A stretch of DNA of 64,000 bases from Kiritimatiellia bacterium (GTDB lineage Bacteria; Verrucomicrobiota; Kiritimatiellia; JAAZAB01), in assembly GCA_040767085.1 (NCBI GenBank), contig JAXGPF010000009.1:64001-128000 (forward strand), in the 5' to 3' direction. Positions 55,880-64,000 of this stretch are shown piece by piece. Each line of letters starts with the position of its first letter. Position 1 is the first letter of the stretch. Made by a program: the position numbers and the translations under genes. The notes below the pieces were generated by a model. It saw nothing but the letters and a program-made list of their open reading frames with translations, searched no databases and was not told the DNA's origin.

Positions 55880-57808
55880 ATGAAACTGAGGCACGTTAAG
55901 ATCGCGAATTTCCGTAATCTGGTTGACGTATCGTTCCCCGTCTCCGACACGACCATCCTTGTGGGGGAGAACAACTGCGGCAAGACGGCACTGCTCGATG
56001 CAATTCGGACTGCGCTCACGAGACAGCCAACCAGCAAGGCGCTGCCCTTTACCGAGTACGACTACCACATGAAGGGCGCTGCGGATACACCACAGACGAG
56101 CCCCGGCATTTCAGTCGAGCTTTGGTTTCGCGAGGACATGACCGACGAATGGCCCAATGAAGTGACCCAGGGGCTTAGCGAGATCATCCAGACCGACCCG
56201 GATGCAGACCTGGACTACATCGGTCTTCGGCTGACAAGTCAGTATGACGCGGCCGCGAAAGAGATGGTCGCAAAGACAGAGTTTCTGGCACTGGACGGTC
56301 AGCCGCTGGGCGGTCGGGCGGCCCAGCCGTCGAATTTTCCGAAGTTCACGAACTACGTGCGTGTGTTCTATCTGTCGGCACTACGTGACTCTGATGATGA
56401 GTTCTCCCCAAGATCGCAGTACTGGGGGCGTATACTTCGTGATCTGAAGTTGACCTCCGAACAACAGAAGGAATTCAAAGATGCTCTGGGCAAGTTGAAC
56501 GAGGATCTGCTGACGGCCGATCCGAAGCTTGAGAAGGTCCGTGCGTCCCTTGACAAGGTGCAGAAGGTGCTTGCCCTGGGCTCGGGCCAGGTAGCGTCCA
56601 TTCAAGCCCTTCCTGTGCGACCCTGGGACCTGATGGCGAAGGCAGAGGTTATTGTTAAACCTCGCGGTGCCGATACGAGCTTCCCTCTCTCCAGGCATGG
56701 CCAGGGGATGCAGAGTTTGGCCGTGCTGTTCTTGTTCCAGGCATACATAGACGTGCTTCTGAAGCCTTCATTCACGCCACATACAGAGGCGCTGCTGGCG
56801 CTCGAGGAACCCGAAGCGCATCTGCATCCACAGGCGACCCGAGCACTGGCGGCAAGTCTGAATGAGATCACCAGTCAGAAGATCATCTCTTCGCATTCTC
56901 CCTACTTCATTCAAGAAATGCCATTCTCTCAGATACGGATGTTCTGCCGGTCAGGTTGCGGTGTCAAGGTTGCCTACGTGAAACGCTCGTTTGCGGTGGA
57001 CCTCCCCACGCATGCTGATCTGCTGACGTTTGTGAAGGAAAAGGGCGGCAAGTATCGATACAGCAAGACGCGCTCCATTCTGGAGGTAGGGGGTCCGGTC
57101 ACCGAGAAAGAGTACCGCGCGCTTGCCACAATCTACAGCAAGGACGTGGCCACTATGAAGCGGCTCAAATGGTTCGTGAGCGACTCTCTGACTTATCTGA
57201 CGGACGACGAACTGGAGGATTTAGATACGTGGGCGAAGAGGATTCGAGGGGAAGTCCTATTTGCCCGCGCATGGCTGTTGTGCGAGGGCCAATGCGAGTA
57301 CCTGCTGCTCAGGTACTTCGCCGAACTCATGGGTACTCCATTTGACAATAGCGGTGTGTCGGTCATCGATTTTCAGAACAACGGTTCTGCCGGCTCGTTT
57401 GTGGCCCTTGCCACTGCTTTCGACATCCCCTGGCTGCTGGTCTGCGACAATGATCCTGCTGGACAGGGCTATGCCAAGGAGGCGGAGAGATCTGCCCTGC
57501 CGCCAGCTGAGATGCAAAAGCGCCTCAGGCTTCTTCCGAACAACGGCACTGATCTGGAGAAGTATTTGGCCACCACTGGTCTCATAACGCATCTGGTCGA
57601 AGTCTTTCACCAACATGGGATTGCCCCAACTCTCAAGCAAGCGGATGCCGGATTTGCGGATGAGGTCGCGTCACTATTGCGGAAGAACAAGTTCACCTAC
57701 ATCCAAGCCCTCATCCAGCGGCTTCGGAACGCGGGAGCAGACGCAACCGCTGTTCCCGGTTCTCTGAAGTCGGTGATCGAGGACATTACAAAGGTGGCCC
57801 AATCATGA
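55880..57808 (+). CDS. OLD-family ABC-ATPase/TOPRIM nuclease 1 (GajA-like)
   Basis: IANFRN, GENNCGKT, LSALRD, HGQGMQS, LEEPEAHLHPQ, SSHSP, LCEGQCE, VCDND. Confidence 0.9.
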   Translation: MKLRHVKIANFRNLVDVSFPVSDTTILVGENNCGKTALLDAIRTALTRQPTSKALPFTEYDYHMKGAADTPQTSPGISVELWFREDMTDEWPNEVTQGLSEIIQTDPDADLDYIGLRLTSQYDAAAKEMVAKTEFLALDGQPLGGRAAQPSNFPKFTNYVRVFYLSALRDSDDEFSPRSQYWGRILRDLKLTSEQQKEFKDALGKLNEDLLTADPKLEKVRASLDKVQKVLALGSGQVASIQALPVRPWDLMAKAEVIVKPRGADTSFPLSRHGQGMQSLAVLFLFQAYIDVLLKPSFTPHTEALLALEEPEAHLHPQATRALAASLNEITSQKIISSHSPYFIQEMPFSQIRMFCRSGCGVKVAYVKRSFAVDLPTHADLLTFVKEKGGKYRYSKTRSILEVGGPVTEKEYRALATIYSKDVATMKRLKWFVSDSLTYLTDDELEDLDTWAKRIRGEVLFARAWLLCEGQCEYLLLRYFAELMGTPFDNSGVSVIDFQNNGSAGSFVALATAFDIPWLLVCDNDPAGQGYAKEAERSALPPAEMQKRLRLLPNNGTDLEKYLATTGLITHLVEVFHQHGIAPTLKQADAGFADEVASLLRKNKFTYIQALIQRLRNAGADATAVPGSLKSVIEDITKVAQS

Positions 57809-59757
57809 ACTCACGCGAACTGGATAGGGCTTGGGCGGAACTATGGCCAATCCAACGGGAAGTGGCCGAATGGGCTGAGGGGCCGTTGCTCGTTCTGGCC
57901 GGACCTGGTTCGGGTAAGACACGCGTATTGACGTGTCGAATCGCCCGGTTGCTTGACAGCACACGCGACAAAGTGTTTCGCATTCTTGGGTTGACGTTCA
58001 CAAACAAGGCAGCAGACGAGATGCGGTCGCGAGTCAGCCGGTTTGTGCCCGGACAGGAGGGGCGATTGTTCCTTGGGACTTTCCATTCGTTCTGTGCCGA
58101 TGTCCTGCGGCAGCACGGCGTCCACGTGGGGATCAACCCTAATTTCACGATCTACGCCCAAGACAACGACCTGCAGTCTATTCTTGACGATGCCATAGCC
58201 GAAGCTCGGAAGGAATGTGCGGTAGTCAGCGATCTCGACAGGAGCGTGCTCCCCGTGATCCAGCGCCTCAAGGCCCAACTCATTTCACCTCAAAACTGCA
58301 AAGAGGTGTTCCGAGATCCGCAGATGGGCGAGAGAATGGCGGCAGTCTACCCAGCCTACGAAGCACAGTTGGCGAGACGAAATGCTTTGGACTTCAACTC
58401 CCTGATACAGGCCACCCACCGCCTTTTCGTCGAGTTCCCGGCGTTTGCGAAGCGGTACCGGTCAGTCTACCCTTACATCTGCGTAGACGAGTTCCAGGAC
58501 ACGAACAAGGCACAGTCCGAACTCATCCGTGCATTCACGGGTGCCCAATACAGGAACGTCTTTGTCGTGGCAGACGACGACCAGATCATCTATCAGTGGA
58601 ACGGGGCTAGCCATCAGAGGATTGAGGAATTCGTCAAGGAGTACTCCCCGAAGATCGTGCAATTGCCGATGAACTTCCGGTGTCCCCCTGAGGTGGTCGA
58701 TCTTGCAAACAACCTGATCAGGCACAATTTCCTTCGTACTTCTCAGAAGGCGCCATTGAAACCGACACGAACCAGTCCCGGTGCAGATGTCGTACGATTG
58801 CTGCCCGTGTTTGACGATTGGGATGCTGAGGCCGAGGGCGTGGCGAGCGACATATCCGCCCGGCACGCGGATCATCTGGGGTCCGTGGTCGTCCTCGCGA
58901 GGAGCCGTCGCCTTCTGGAAGGAGTGGCACATGCGCTAGAGGGTCTTGGAGTCGCGGCTACCATCGCACAAAGGAAGGATGAGTTCCAGAGCACCCCCTT
59001 GGTGTGGCTGCACTCCGTTCTGCGACTTACGAATGAGAAGCGTGATCGCGGAAGTCTTGAGTCTCTTTGCGGGGCCTTCGCGCAGATGACAGGTGTCCAA
59101 GTTGACCCGGATGAAATATTGACCCAGGAGCAGGCATCGGGGATCGGATTCCTTCAGGAGTGGATACGTCGTGCCCAGTCGAGCACTGGCGACCGCAGGG
59201 TGCCGAACGTGGTTTCAGAAGTCTCCACCAAGCTGGTGGTCAAGCGAGAGTACGTGACGTTTTGCAGAACCGCCTTCGCCTGGATTGATGGACTCATAGA
59301 GGAACAGAGAAAGACCGCCGCAGATCCATCGGAGGAGGTATTCGCTGGCTATGCTGCGGAGAAAGCCGTCTGGAATGAACTGAGTCGTGAGATCGTCTCA
59401 TCACTGGGCGAAGACATCTCTCTTGAGGCTTTTCTGCAGGAGTTGCAGATGCACTCAAAGGAGCCGAAGCCAAAGCCAAACTCTACGGTCCTGATGACCA
59501 TACACGGATCCAAAGGGAAGGAATTCGATCATGTCTATCTCGTGGGCCTCGTCGATGACGAATTACCGTCATTTCAGAGCAAGAAGAAGGGAGACCGCAG
59601 TCCCGAGATGGAAGAAGAGCGACGAAACTGCTTTGTCGCTATCACCCGGACGATAAGCACGCTGACGTTGAGCTATGCGGAGAAGTACCGCGGTTGGCCG
59701 AAGAAGCCGTCACGGTTTTTGTTTGAAATGGGTCTGCTTGGAGGGGAACATGGCTGA
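57805..59757 (+). CDS. UvrD/Rep/PcrA-family helicase 1
   Basis: AGPGSGKT, LTFTNKAADEM, TFHSF, DEFQD, ADDDQIIY, NFRC, TIHGSKGKEF, EERRNCFVAITR; ATGA overlap. Confidence 0.92.
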   Translation: MNSRELDRAWAELWPIQREVAEWAEGPLLVLAGPGSGKTRVLTCRIARLLDSTRDKVFRILGLTFTNKAADEMRSRVSRFVPGQEGRLFLGTFHSFCADVLRQHGVHVGINPNFTIYAQDNDLQSILDDAIAEARKECAVVSDLDRSVLPVIQRLKAQLISPQNCKEVFRDPQMGERMAAVYPAYEAQLARRNALDFNSLIQATHRLFVEFPAFAKRYRSVYPYICVDEFQDTNKAQSELIRAFTGAQYRNVFVVADDDQIIYQWNGASHQRIEEFVKEYSPKIVQLPMNFRCPPEVVDLANNLIRHNFLRTSQKAPLKPTRTSPGADVVRLLPVFDDWDAEAEGVASDISARHADHLGSVVVLARSRRLLEGVAHALEGLGVAATIAQRKDEFQSTPLVWLHSVLRLTNEKRDRGSLESLCGAFAQMTGVQVDPDEILTQEQASGIGFLQEWIRRAQSSTGDRRVPNVVSEVSTKLVVKREYVTFCRTAFAWIDGLIEEQRKTAADPSEEVFAGYAAEKAVWNELSREIVSSLGEDISLEAFLQELQMHSKEPKPKPNSTVLMTIHGSKGKEFDHVYLVGLVDDELPSFQSKKKGDRSPEMEEERRNCFVAITRTISTLTLSYAEKYRGWPKKPSRFLFEMGLLGGEHG

Positions 59758-60397
59758 TCTCGCGAATCAACGCCTTACCAGCAGGGCGCTGCCAACCGGC
59801 CACCTTGACCATGGGGGACTGCATCCCTATACGCCGAAGATCCGGACTCTTTGTGACGCCGTGATCCGCAATGGCCAAACACTCGCCTTGTTTTGCTCCG
59901 TTCGATGCCCTGGCAAGCTAATCCTAGACACCTACGACGCTGTGCAGCGGTTGCGCAATGCTGGAGTCACTGTCATCAGCGGGTTCCATTCGCCAATGGA
60001 GAAGGAATGCCTGACCGTCCTCCTGCGTTCCCCAAACCCGGTAATCTGGTGTCTTGCACGTGGCAAACTGACACGTATCCCACCGGATATCAAGGAATCG
60101 ATCGCCGCCGGCCGCCTACATATTATTGCACCATTCCCGGGAAAAGTCCGCCGCCACACCGCGGCCACATGCGCCAAACGAAACCGCATCGTCGCCGACA
60201 TGGCCAATGCCGTCATTGTCGTCCACGCCGCTCCCGGTAGCAAGATCGAAGCGCTCAGCCTGTCTCTCCTCGCCGCCGGCAAACCCGTTTACACATTCGA
60301 TCACCCAGCCAACGTTGCCCTGCTTCAGGCCGGGGCGAAGACTTTGACTCCAGACACCAATTGGAAGTGGATGGCGAAAGACGGTAGTGCAAAATGA
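59750..60397 (+). CDS. Short DprA/SMF (SLOG Rossmann-like) protein
   Basis: LALFCSVRCP, VTVISGFHSPMEKE, IWCLARG, RNRIVADMANAVIVVHAAPGS; GGAGGG RBS; overlaps the UvrD stop. Confidence 0.75.
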   Translation: MADLANQRLTSRALPTGHLDHGGLHPYTPKIRTLCDAVIRNGQTLALFCSVRCPGKLILDTYDAVQRLRNAGVTVISGFHSPMEKECLTVLLRSPNPVIWCLARGKLTRIPPDIKESIAAGRLHIIAPFPGKVRRHTAATCAKRNRIVADMANAVIVVHAAPGSKIEALSLSLLAAGKPVYTFDHPANVALLQAGAKTLTPDTNWKWMAKDGSAK

Positions 60398-60408
60398 GGT
60401 AAACTCCC

Positions 60409-62469
60409 ATGTATTTGGCCGAGATACGAATTGACAGTTTTCGATTGTTCGGCACCGATGACCAAGCTCTCGTACTCCCCCTCAAGGCAGGCCTCAACGT
60501 GCTAGTTGGTGAGAACGATGCCGGTAAGACTGCGGTGATCGACGCCATTCGGTTGGCGCTCGGTACGACGAGTCAAGAGTTCCTTCGGGTCGAAAATGAC
60601 GACTTCAACCTCGCAGGAGGTAAACAGGCCTCCGAATTCACAATTCGCTGCAAGTTCGCGGACCTTGACAGGGAGACCGGAGGTTCCCTTTTGGAGCACC
60701 TCTCGTATGAGGACGGGAAGCCTTGCCTTTACGTGACGTTCCACGCAACACGCAACGAGGTGGTGAGTCCCCGGCGGCGGATCACCGTGGATGTGCATTC
60801 CGGGAAAGACGGAACCGGGCCACAGATGGATGGGAATGCTCGTCTTCTTCTCCAGGCGACATATCTTCGTCCTCTACGCGACGCCGAGCATGAACTTGCC
60901 GCCGGCAGAAACTCGCGCTTGTCCCAGATTCTCCAGTACACCAAGGAGATCGCAGAACACAAGGATGAAGTGTTCGACCCGGTAACGTTCGTGGATGCAG
61001 TGCGAGCACAAAAAAAGACGGAGTTTCCCAAGAGCATCGCCAACGTCTCACGTCTTACCGACCACTTAATCCAAGAGAACGAGGGCGTTAAGCAGGCCAG
61101 TACCCGCTTGGACAGCAGTTATCTCGTGAATCTCAATTTAGGTGGCGATAGTCTGGGGAACAGAGTCTCCGTGGGAAATGAAGCGACCGCAGATCAAAGA
61201 ATCCGGGCGGTTTTGGAGAAGCTTGATCTGCGGCTCTGCACAGTCGGCGACACCTCTGGACAACTTCCCCACGGTCTAGGCTACAACAACCTGCTATTCA
61301 TGGCCTGCGAGCTCCTTCTCCTGGGGCAGGATCGCGATACGCTACCACTTCTGCTTATCGAGGAACCGGAGGCACATCTGCATCCGCAGTTACAGTTGCG
61401 GTTGGTAGAATTCCTCCAAGAACAGGCCGACAGTACGGACGAAAGGCAAGTGCAAGTCATCATTACCACGCACAGCCCGAACCTGACATCGAAGGTGAAA
61501 CTGGCCAGCATGGTTCTCGTGTGCAAGGGTCGGGCGTTTCCGATGGGACCGGAATATACGCTGCTTTCCGAGACAGACTACCGGTTTTTGGAGCGCTTCC
61601 TCGACGTTACTAAAGCCAATCTTTTTTTCGCCCGCGGCGTCCTGATCGTTGAAGGCGATGCCGAGGCTTTGCTCCTACCCACACTTGCCCACCTTCTTGG
61701 GCGGGACCTAACCCGATACGGTGTGTCGATTGTGAATGTGGGCAGTCGCGGCCTGCGTCGCTACGCGCGAATCTTCCGCCGCCGGGCGCTTATGGATCAC
61801 AAACAGGCGCCAACTATCCCGATCCGAGTGGCATGTCTTGCGGATCGAGACATTATGCCGGATTGTGCCAGAGAAGCTTTTGGCATGAAGGATGACGGAG
61901 AAGGGCAAATCAAACGCCAGACTGGCCCAAAGTTTGAAGCTGACCTGCGCGATGACGCCGCACGTGACAGTTGGGTCAAAGCAAGGTCTCGCGACGATGG
62001 CGAAAACGTGCGAACATTTGTGTCGGACCATTGGACACTAGAATACGACCTTGCCCATGCCGGCCTCCGTTGCAGTCTGTGGAAAGCCGTTGCATTGGCG
62101 AAGGACGAGGCACGGCAGGACGCAAAGCACGGAACAACGCCTACGGACAAAGGCTCGGAGGTGCTTCAGGCGGCCGAGACATCCTGGCAGAAACTGAAAG
62201 CCAGCGTCGAAGACCGGATCGACGCACGTGAGTACCTTGCTTGCAAGGCATACAAACCTCTCTTGGACGACGTTTCGAAGCCGACAACCGCACAGCATCT
62301 GGCTTCCTTGTTGGATGTACGCTATGGCCCAAATGGCAAGCCGGAAGATCGAGACAAGTTCATCGGACTTGTTCCTGGTTACATTCTTGATGCAGTCGAT
62401 TATGTGACCGGGGGCGATCACGCGCCTGGGAAAGCCAAAAGGACCACGTGCACAGAGGATACCGTTTGA
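60409..62469 (+). CDS. gajA: OLD-family ABC-ATPase/TOPRIM nuclease 2 (Gabija GajA-like)
   Basis: GENDAGKT, YLRPLRDAE, GLGYNNLLF, IEEPEAHLHPQ, TTHSP, LERFLDVTKANLFFARGVLIVEGDAE, LADRD, WTLEYDL. Confidence 0.85.
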   Translation: MYLAEIRIDSFRLFGTDDQALVLPLKAGLNVLVGENDAGKTAVIDAIRLALGTTSQEFLRVENDDFNLAGGKQASEFTIRCKFADLDRETGGSLLEHLSYEDGKPCLYVTFHATRNEVVSPRRRITVDVHSGKDGTGPQMDGNARLLLQATYLRPLRDAEHELAAGRNSRLSQILQYTKEIAEHKDEVFDPVTFVDAVRAQKKTEFPKSIANVSRLTDHLIQENEGVKQASTRLDSSYLVNLNLGGDSLGNRVSVGNEATADQRIRAVLEKLDLRLCTVGDTSGQLPHGLGYNNLLFMACELLLLGQDRDTLPLLLIEEPEAHLHPQLQLRLVEFLQEQADSTDERQVQVIITTHSPNLTSKVKLASMVLVCKGRAFPMGPEYTLLSETDYRFLERFLDVTKANLFFARGVLIVEGDAEALLLPTLAHLLGRDLTRYGVSIVNVGSRGLRRYARIFRRRALMDHKQAPTIPIRVACLADRDIMPDCAREAFGMKDDGEGQIKRQTGPKFEADLRDDAARDSWVKARSRDDGENVRTFVSDHWTLEYDLAHAGLRCSLWKAVALAKDEARQDAKHGTTPTDKGSEVLQAAETSWQKLKASVEDRIDAREYLACKAYKPLLDDVSKPTTAQHLASLLDVRYGPNGKPEDRDKFIGLVPGYILDAVDYVTGGDHAPGKAKRTTCTEDTV

Positions 62470-62477
62470 CCGTGAGA

Positions 62478-64000
62478 ATGACCCGGCACAACCTGACCGA
62501 CTATATCCCCGAGGTCACTGACGCCGATATCGACGTGGCTCAGCGGTATTTTGGCGTTTCGTTCGACGCTGCCAGACGAGATGTCTTACGGTCGCACGAG
62601 AGCTTCGATGTTCAGGCCTGCCCCGGCAGTGGGAAGACAACATTGCTGGTGGCGAAGTTGGCGATATTGGCGGAGAAGTGGCCGCATACACGACGCGGCA
62701 TCTGTGTTCTCTCCCACACAAACGTGGCACGACTGGAAATTGAGAAGAAACTCGCGGGGGTAGCAACCGGGCAACTACTGCTTGCATATCCGCACTTTGT
62801 TGGCACGATCCACAGCTTCGTAAACGATTTTCTTGCGCTTCCCCGTCTGCGTTCGGAGGGACAGTCCATACGCTTAATCGACGACGATGCATGCGGAGAG
62901 TTCTGTCGCCGTCTGCTCTACTCGAACTGTGCCTATACAACGGCAAAACAGTTCCTCGCCCAAAAGGAACAGCATACCCCGGACCGGACCGTACGTGCTC
63001 TGAGATGTGAGGGAATGGACCTCACCCTGTGTTCCGCAGCAGGAAAGTTGCCTTGCGGGCCGTCATCAGAGAGCTACCGAATCCTTTCGGAGATCAAACA
63101 GAAAGCCTCTGGCCGTGGTCTTTGGCGCTTCGACGACATGTTTGCTTGGGCGGAAAGGCTGCTGGCGAAACACCCTGAGGTCGCGGAGTTTGCGCGTTGG
63201 CGCTTCCCTGTCGTCTTTCTCGATGAGATGCAGGACACGTCGGAACTCCAAGGACACTTGCTGGCCAACGTTTTCCCTGTCACCGCGTGCGGTCTTCGTC
63301 AGCGATTTGGCGATTCCAATCAAGCCATCTTCGACTATGGCGGGTCAAGGGCCGAGACAGATCCGTTTCCGGGAGAGACTGTCCGATCAATCCCCAATAG
63401 CCAACGGTTCGGCCCGATGATCGCCGCGAAGGCGGATCCCTTAGCACCTAACCCTCCTCATCCGGCGCTCTTGGGGGAAGGGCCGCGGCAGAATCTTTTC
63501 TCTGTCGCTATCGACACCACTCGCATGCAACACACGATTTTTCTGTTCGCCGCCGATTCGGCGAATCGCGTGCTTCCTGCTTTCGGTAAGCTCCTCCTGG
63601 AAACCTTCCCCGACGAAGTTCTGCGCTCCGAGGCATTCGTAGCGCGGGCGATTGGCCGAGTCGGGAAGTCTGACACGGATGGCAGCAAGCTTCCCAGGCA
63701 CTTAGGCGATTACTGGGTGGACTATGAACCGCGCTCGGCGAAACTGGAAGTGCGGCCTTCAAAGCTGGCTGATTACGTGCACCTTGCTCAGAGAAAGCGC
63801 GTTAACGCAATTGATTGTGCTGAGTCGGTGAAGATTGCGTTCAAGGGGATATGCGGATTGGTTGATGTTATCGCACCCGACACTGTCTCTGCTGGTGGGC
63901 AATCGATTCGGTGGCTGTGGGATGCACTCGGGGTAAACGAGGCAGCGGCAAGTATTCTTCGCAATCTTGTATGGGATTGGTGTATCGACTTGGTAACCAT
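62478..64000 (+). CDS. gajB: UvrD-family helicase 2 (Gabija GajB-like), runs off the window
   Basis: Manual translation from ATG 62478 (in-frame TTG 62466 also possible): QACPGSGKTT, LSHTNVA, FVGTIHSF, FLDEMQDT, RFGDSNQAIF, SQRFG. Confidence 0.85.
   Translation, partial: MTRHNLTDYIPEVTDADIDVAQRYFGVSFDAARRDVLRSHESFDVQACPGSGKTTLLVAKLAILAEKWPHTRRGICVLSHTNVARLEIEKKLAGVATGQLLLAYPHFVGTIHSFVNDFLALPRLRSEGQSIRLIDDDACGEFCRRLLYSNCAYTTAKQFLAQKEQHTPDRTVRALRCEGMDLTLCSAAGKLPCGPSSESYRILSEIKQKASGRGLWRFDDMFAWAERLLAKHPEVAEFARWRFPVVFLDEMQDTSELQGHLLANVFPVTACGLRQRFGDSNQAIFDYGGSRAETDPFPGETVRSIPNSQRFGPMIAAKADPLAPNPPHPALLGEGPRQNLFSVAIDTTRMQHTIFLFAADSANRVLPAFGKLLLETFPDEVLRSEAFVARAIGRVGKSDTDGSKLPRHLGDYWVDYEPRSAKLEVRPSKLADYVHLAQRKRVNAIDCAESVKIAFKGICGLVDVIAPDTVSAGGQSIRWLWDALGVNEAAASILRNLVWDWCIDLVT

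Larger units (their letters stand above)
44752..64000 (+). mobile_element. tRNA-Pro-integrated genomic (defence) island, right end outside the window
   Basis: Integrase directly after the tRNA, visible change in composition and codon style, excisionase remnant, RM/Abi/Gabija-like cargo all on one strand. Confidence 0.85.

Noticed and set aside
62551-63420. Short ORF-track entries suggesting a fragmented gene
   Set aside because: The helicase motifs lie in one frame from ATG 62478 that runs off the window; these entries are alternative frames
44889-64000. Prophage or conjugative element
   Set aside because: No structural, terminase, relaxase or T4SS genes in the visible part

Overview
High-GC bacterial chromosome segment, probably PVC superphylum (Kiritimatiellota/Lentisphaerota-like; inferred from gene content only). 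1-8.2 kb: ileS (5' part) divergent from an ankyrin-PHP-pdp-PNP-cdd-CCA operon. 8.4-36.8 kb: long minus-strand sugar-utilisation region (GH95-like hydrolase, sialate O-acetylesterase, three paralogous unclassified glycosidase-like proteins, beta-helix proteins, FucU, Zn dehydrogenase, SIS protein, DegT aminotransferase, LacI, Gfo/Idh/MocA, SpoIIE phosphatase). 41.7-43.1 kb: complete IS1202-like element with a 15-bp target duplication, then degP and tRNA-Pro(CGG). From 44.75 kb to past the window end: a tRNA-integrated defence island. It carries a tyrosine integrase with an HTH inserted in its catalytic domain, an ankyrin-like gene, a decayed excisionase, a PLD-SNF2 helicase plus adenine MTase pair, an AbiJ-N/TIGR02391 HEPN-like gene, and a tightly coupled OLD nuclease-UvrD-DprA/SLOG-OLD nuclease-UvrD cassette (double Gabija-like), which is the best candidate for an undescribed system. 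REP-like GTAG/GGAG hairpins occur between genes and in-frame inside the MTase and GH95 genes. All calls come from reading motifs by eye; no searches were run.
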